This document shows positions 59,135-59,907 of a stretch of 59,907 bases of DNA, piece after piece (the first letter of the stretch is position 1; each line of letters starts with the position of its first letter). The stretch is from positions 1 to 59,907 of the forward strand of contig JARKSN010000246.1 of NCBI GenBank assembly GCA_029974275.1. The letters run 5' to 3'. A program made the position numbers and the translations under genes. The notes under the pieces were generated by a model. It was not told where the DNA came from, did not search any database, and saw only the letters and a list, made by a program, of their open reading frames with translations. Origin of the DNA: Candidatus Hydrogenedentota bacterium (GTDB lineage: Bacteria; Hydrogenedentota; Hydrogenedentia; Hydrogenedentales; SLHB01).

Positions 59135-59163
59135 ATTTTAGAGTGTGCGGCCCAAGCTGTCAA
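59135..59163 (-). promoter_or_regulatory. sigma70 promoter for the structured RNA and envelope operon
   Basis: TTGACA-17 nt-TAAAAT on the minus strand. Confidence 0.75.
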
Positions 59164-59523
59164 ACAACTACTTCCCCCCACACCCTACCCTCAACGAACC
59201 GCTTGCCCTGTCACAAAAAACATGGGCAACCCATACAAAATCATGCGTTTACAAAAAATCGCCGTCTGGCCTCGCAACCCGTTGCAGCAGCCTCGTACCT
59301 TCGAGGAGAACACTTGTTCCCGGGATCACAGCGCGACACCTTTTTTTCAAGGCTCCGCGCGCAGAGCCTAGGGCAAAAGGCCTCGCACAGGCCCGGTGAC
59401 GTGTGCATCGGGCTGCCAGACCCTTCCATAATCCCTTTGCCTCAAAAAAAGTTCCCTCTTGCCCATGACGATGCGATGCCATAGGCCCCAAGCCCCCCGC
59501 AATCAAGGCGCTTCTGCAGCGCC

Positions 59524-59907
59524 TCAATCAGCGGGTTCCGCAGGAGAAGAAACCGACGCCCGAGCACCTAATTTGGCAAGAGAGGCCAAATCCTCGAAAA
59601 AGGAACCAAACCATGCACGCATATCGTCTATCAGGGAATAAAACAACGGCACGACCACCAACGTCAATATCGTTCCCGTGATGAGGCCGCCAATGAGCGT
59701 ACGCCCCATGCTGCAAAACGACACCTGCCCCCCCGCCGCCGGCTCGAGCGCCATGGGCAAACTGCCCAGGACAGTCGTCAACGCCGTCATCATGACCGGA
59801 CGAAAACGGTCCAAACTCGCCTGCGATATCGCGTCGAGACGCGCCATGCCCCCGTTCCGAAGCTGATTGATATGATCGATGATCACAATCCCGTTTTTCA
59901 CGACAAT
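59524..59907 (-). CDS. RND efflux transporter permease (AcrB/CusA family), C-terminal fragment
   Basis: IVVKNGIVIID, RFRPVMMTALTTVLGSLPMAL and GGLITGTILTLVVVP; 5' part lies outside the window. Confidence 0.9.
   Translation of the reverse strand: MVVKNGIVIIDHINQLRNGGMARLDAISQASLDRFRPVMMTALTTVLGSLPMALEPAAGGQVSFCSMGRTLIGGLITGTILTLVVVPLFYSLIDDMRAWFGSFFEDLASLAKLGARASVSSPAEPAD

Noticed and set aside
59369..59421. GGGCAAA...GCTGCC resembling a c-di-GMP-I riboswitch
   Set aside because: Lacks the GAAA tetraloop, the GACGCAAA junction and the receptor motif, and is not oriented toward an adjacent downstream gene.

Overview
GC-rich, diderm (Gram-negative-type) bacterial chromosome segment, mostly housekeeping and envelope genes. 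bamD, lptE, lnt, murJ and secretins are present, and the gene style suggests an uncultured PVC- or Hydrogenedentes-like lineage (inference only). From left to right: a >1537-aa secreted GH9-type multidomain protein missed by the ORF track because it runs off the window; bamD-lptE-holA; mtlD-E2-lpdA; mtnA plus a triple Cys-repeat exported protein; a ROK + PIG-L pair; a degenerate GH-like protein, dapA and a small Zn-ribbon ORF; a membrane-fused ECF sigma factor; an M23 peptidase; ettA; GT2, dead-EEP and FAD/FeS oxidoreductase genes; GH4-purC-purF-methyltransferase-GGDEF; tRNA-Phe and tRNA-Thr; an HTH-REC regulator and a 27-aa membrane peptide; rimO, a SASA esterase, a MutY with an intact Nudix box, and yhbY; a carbamoyltransferase-GT4-GT4-PIG-L cluster; ferritin, acyl-CoA ligase and ahpC; and an envelope operon. 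I saw no integrase, transposase or CRISPR array. The best candidate for an undescribed system is the envelope operon at about 51.6-59.2 kb: a sigma70 promoter, a ~144-nt rod-shaped RNA, a tentacle-less Skp-like protein, a TPR-FxLYD lipoprotein, two translationally coupled secretins lacking all N-terminal ring domains, then lnt and murJ. Also notable are a three-copy intergenic composite repeat family and a strong regional change in strand compositional bias.
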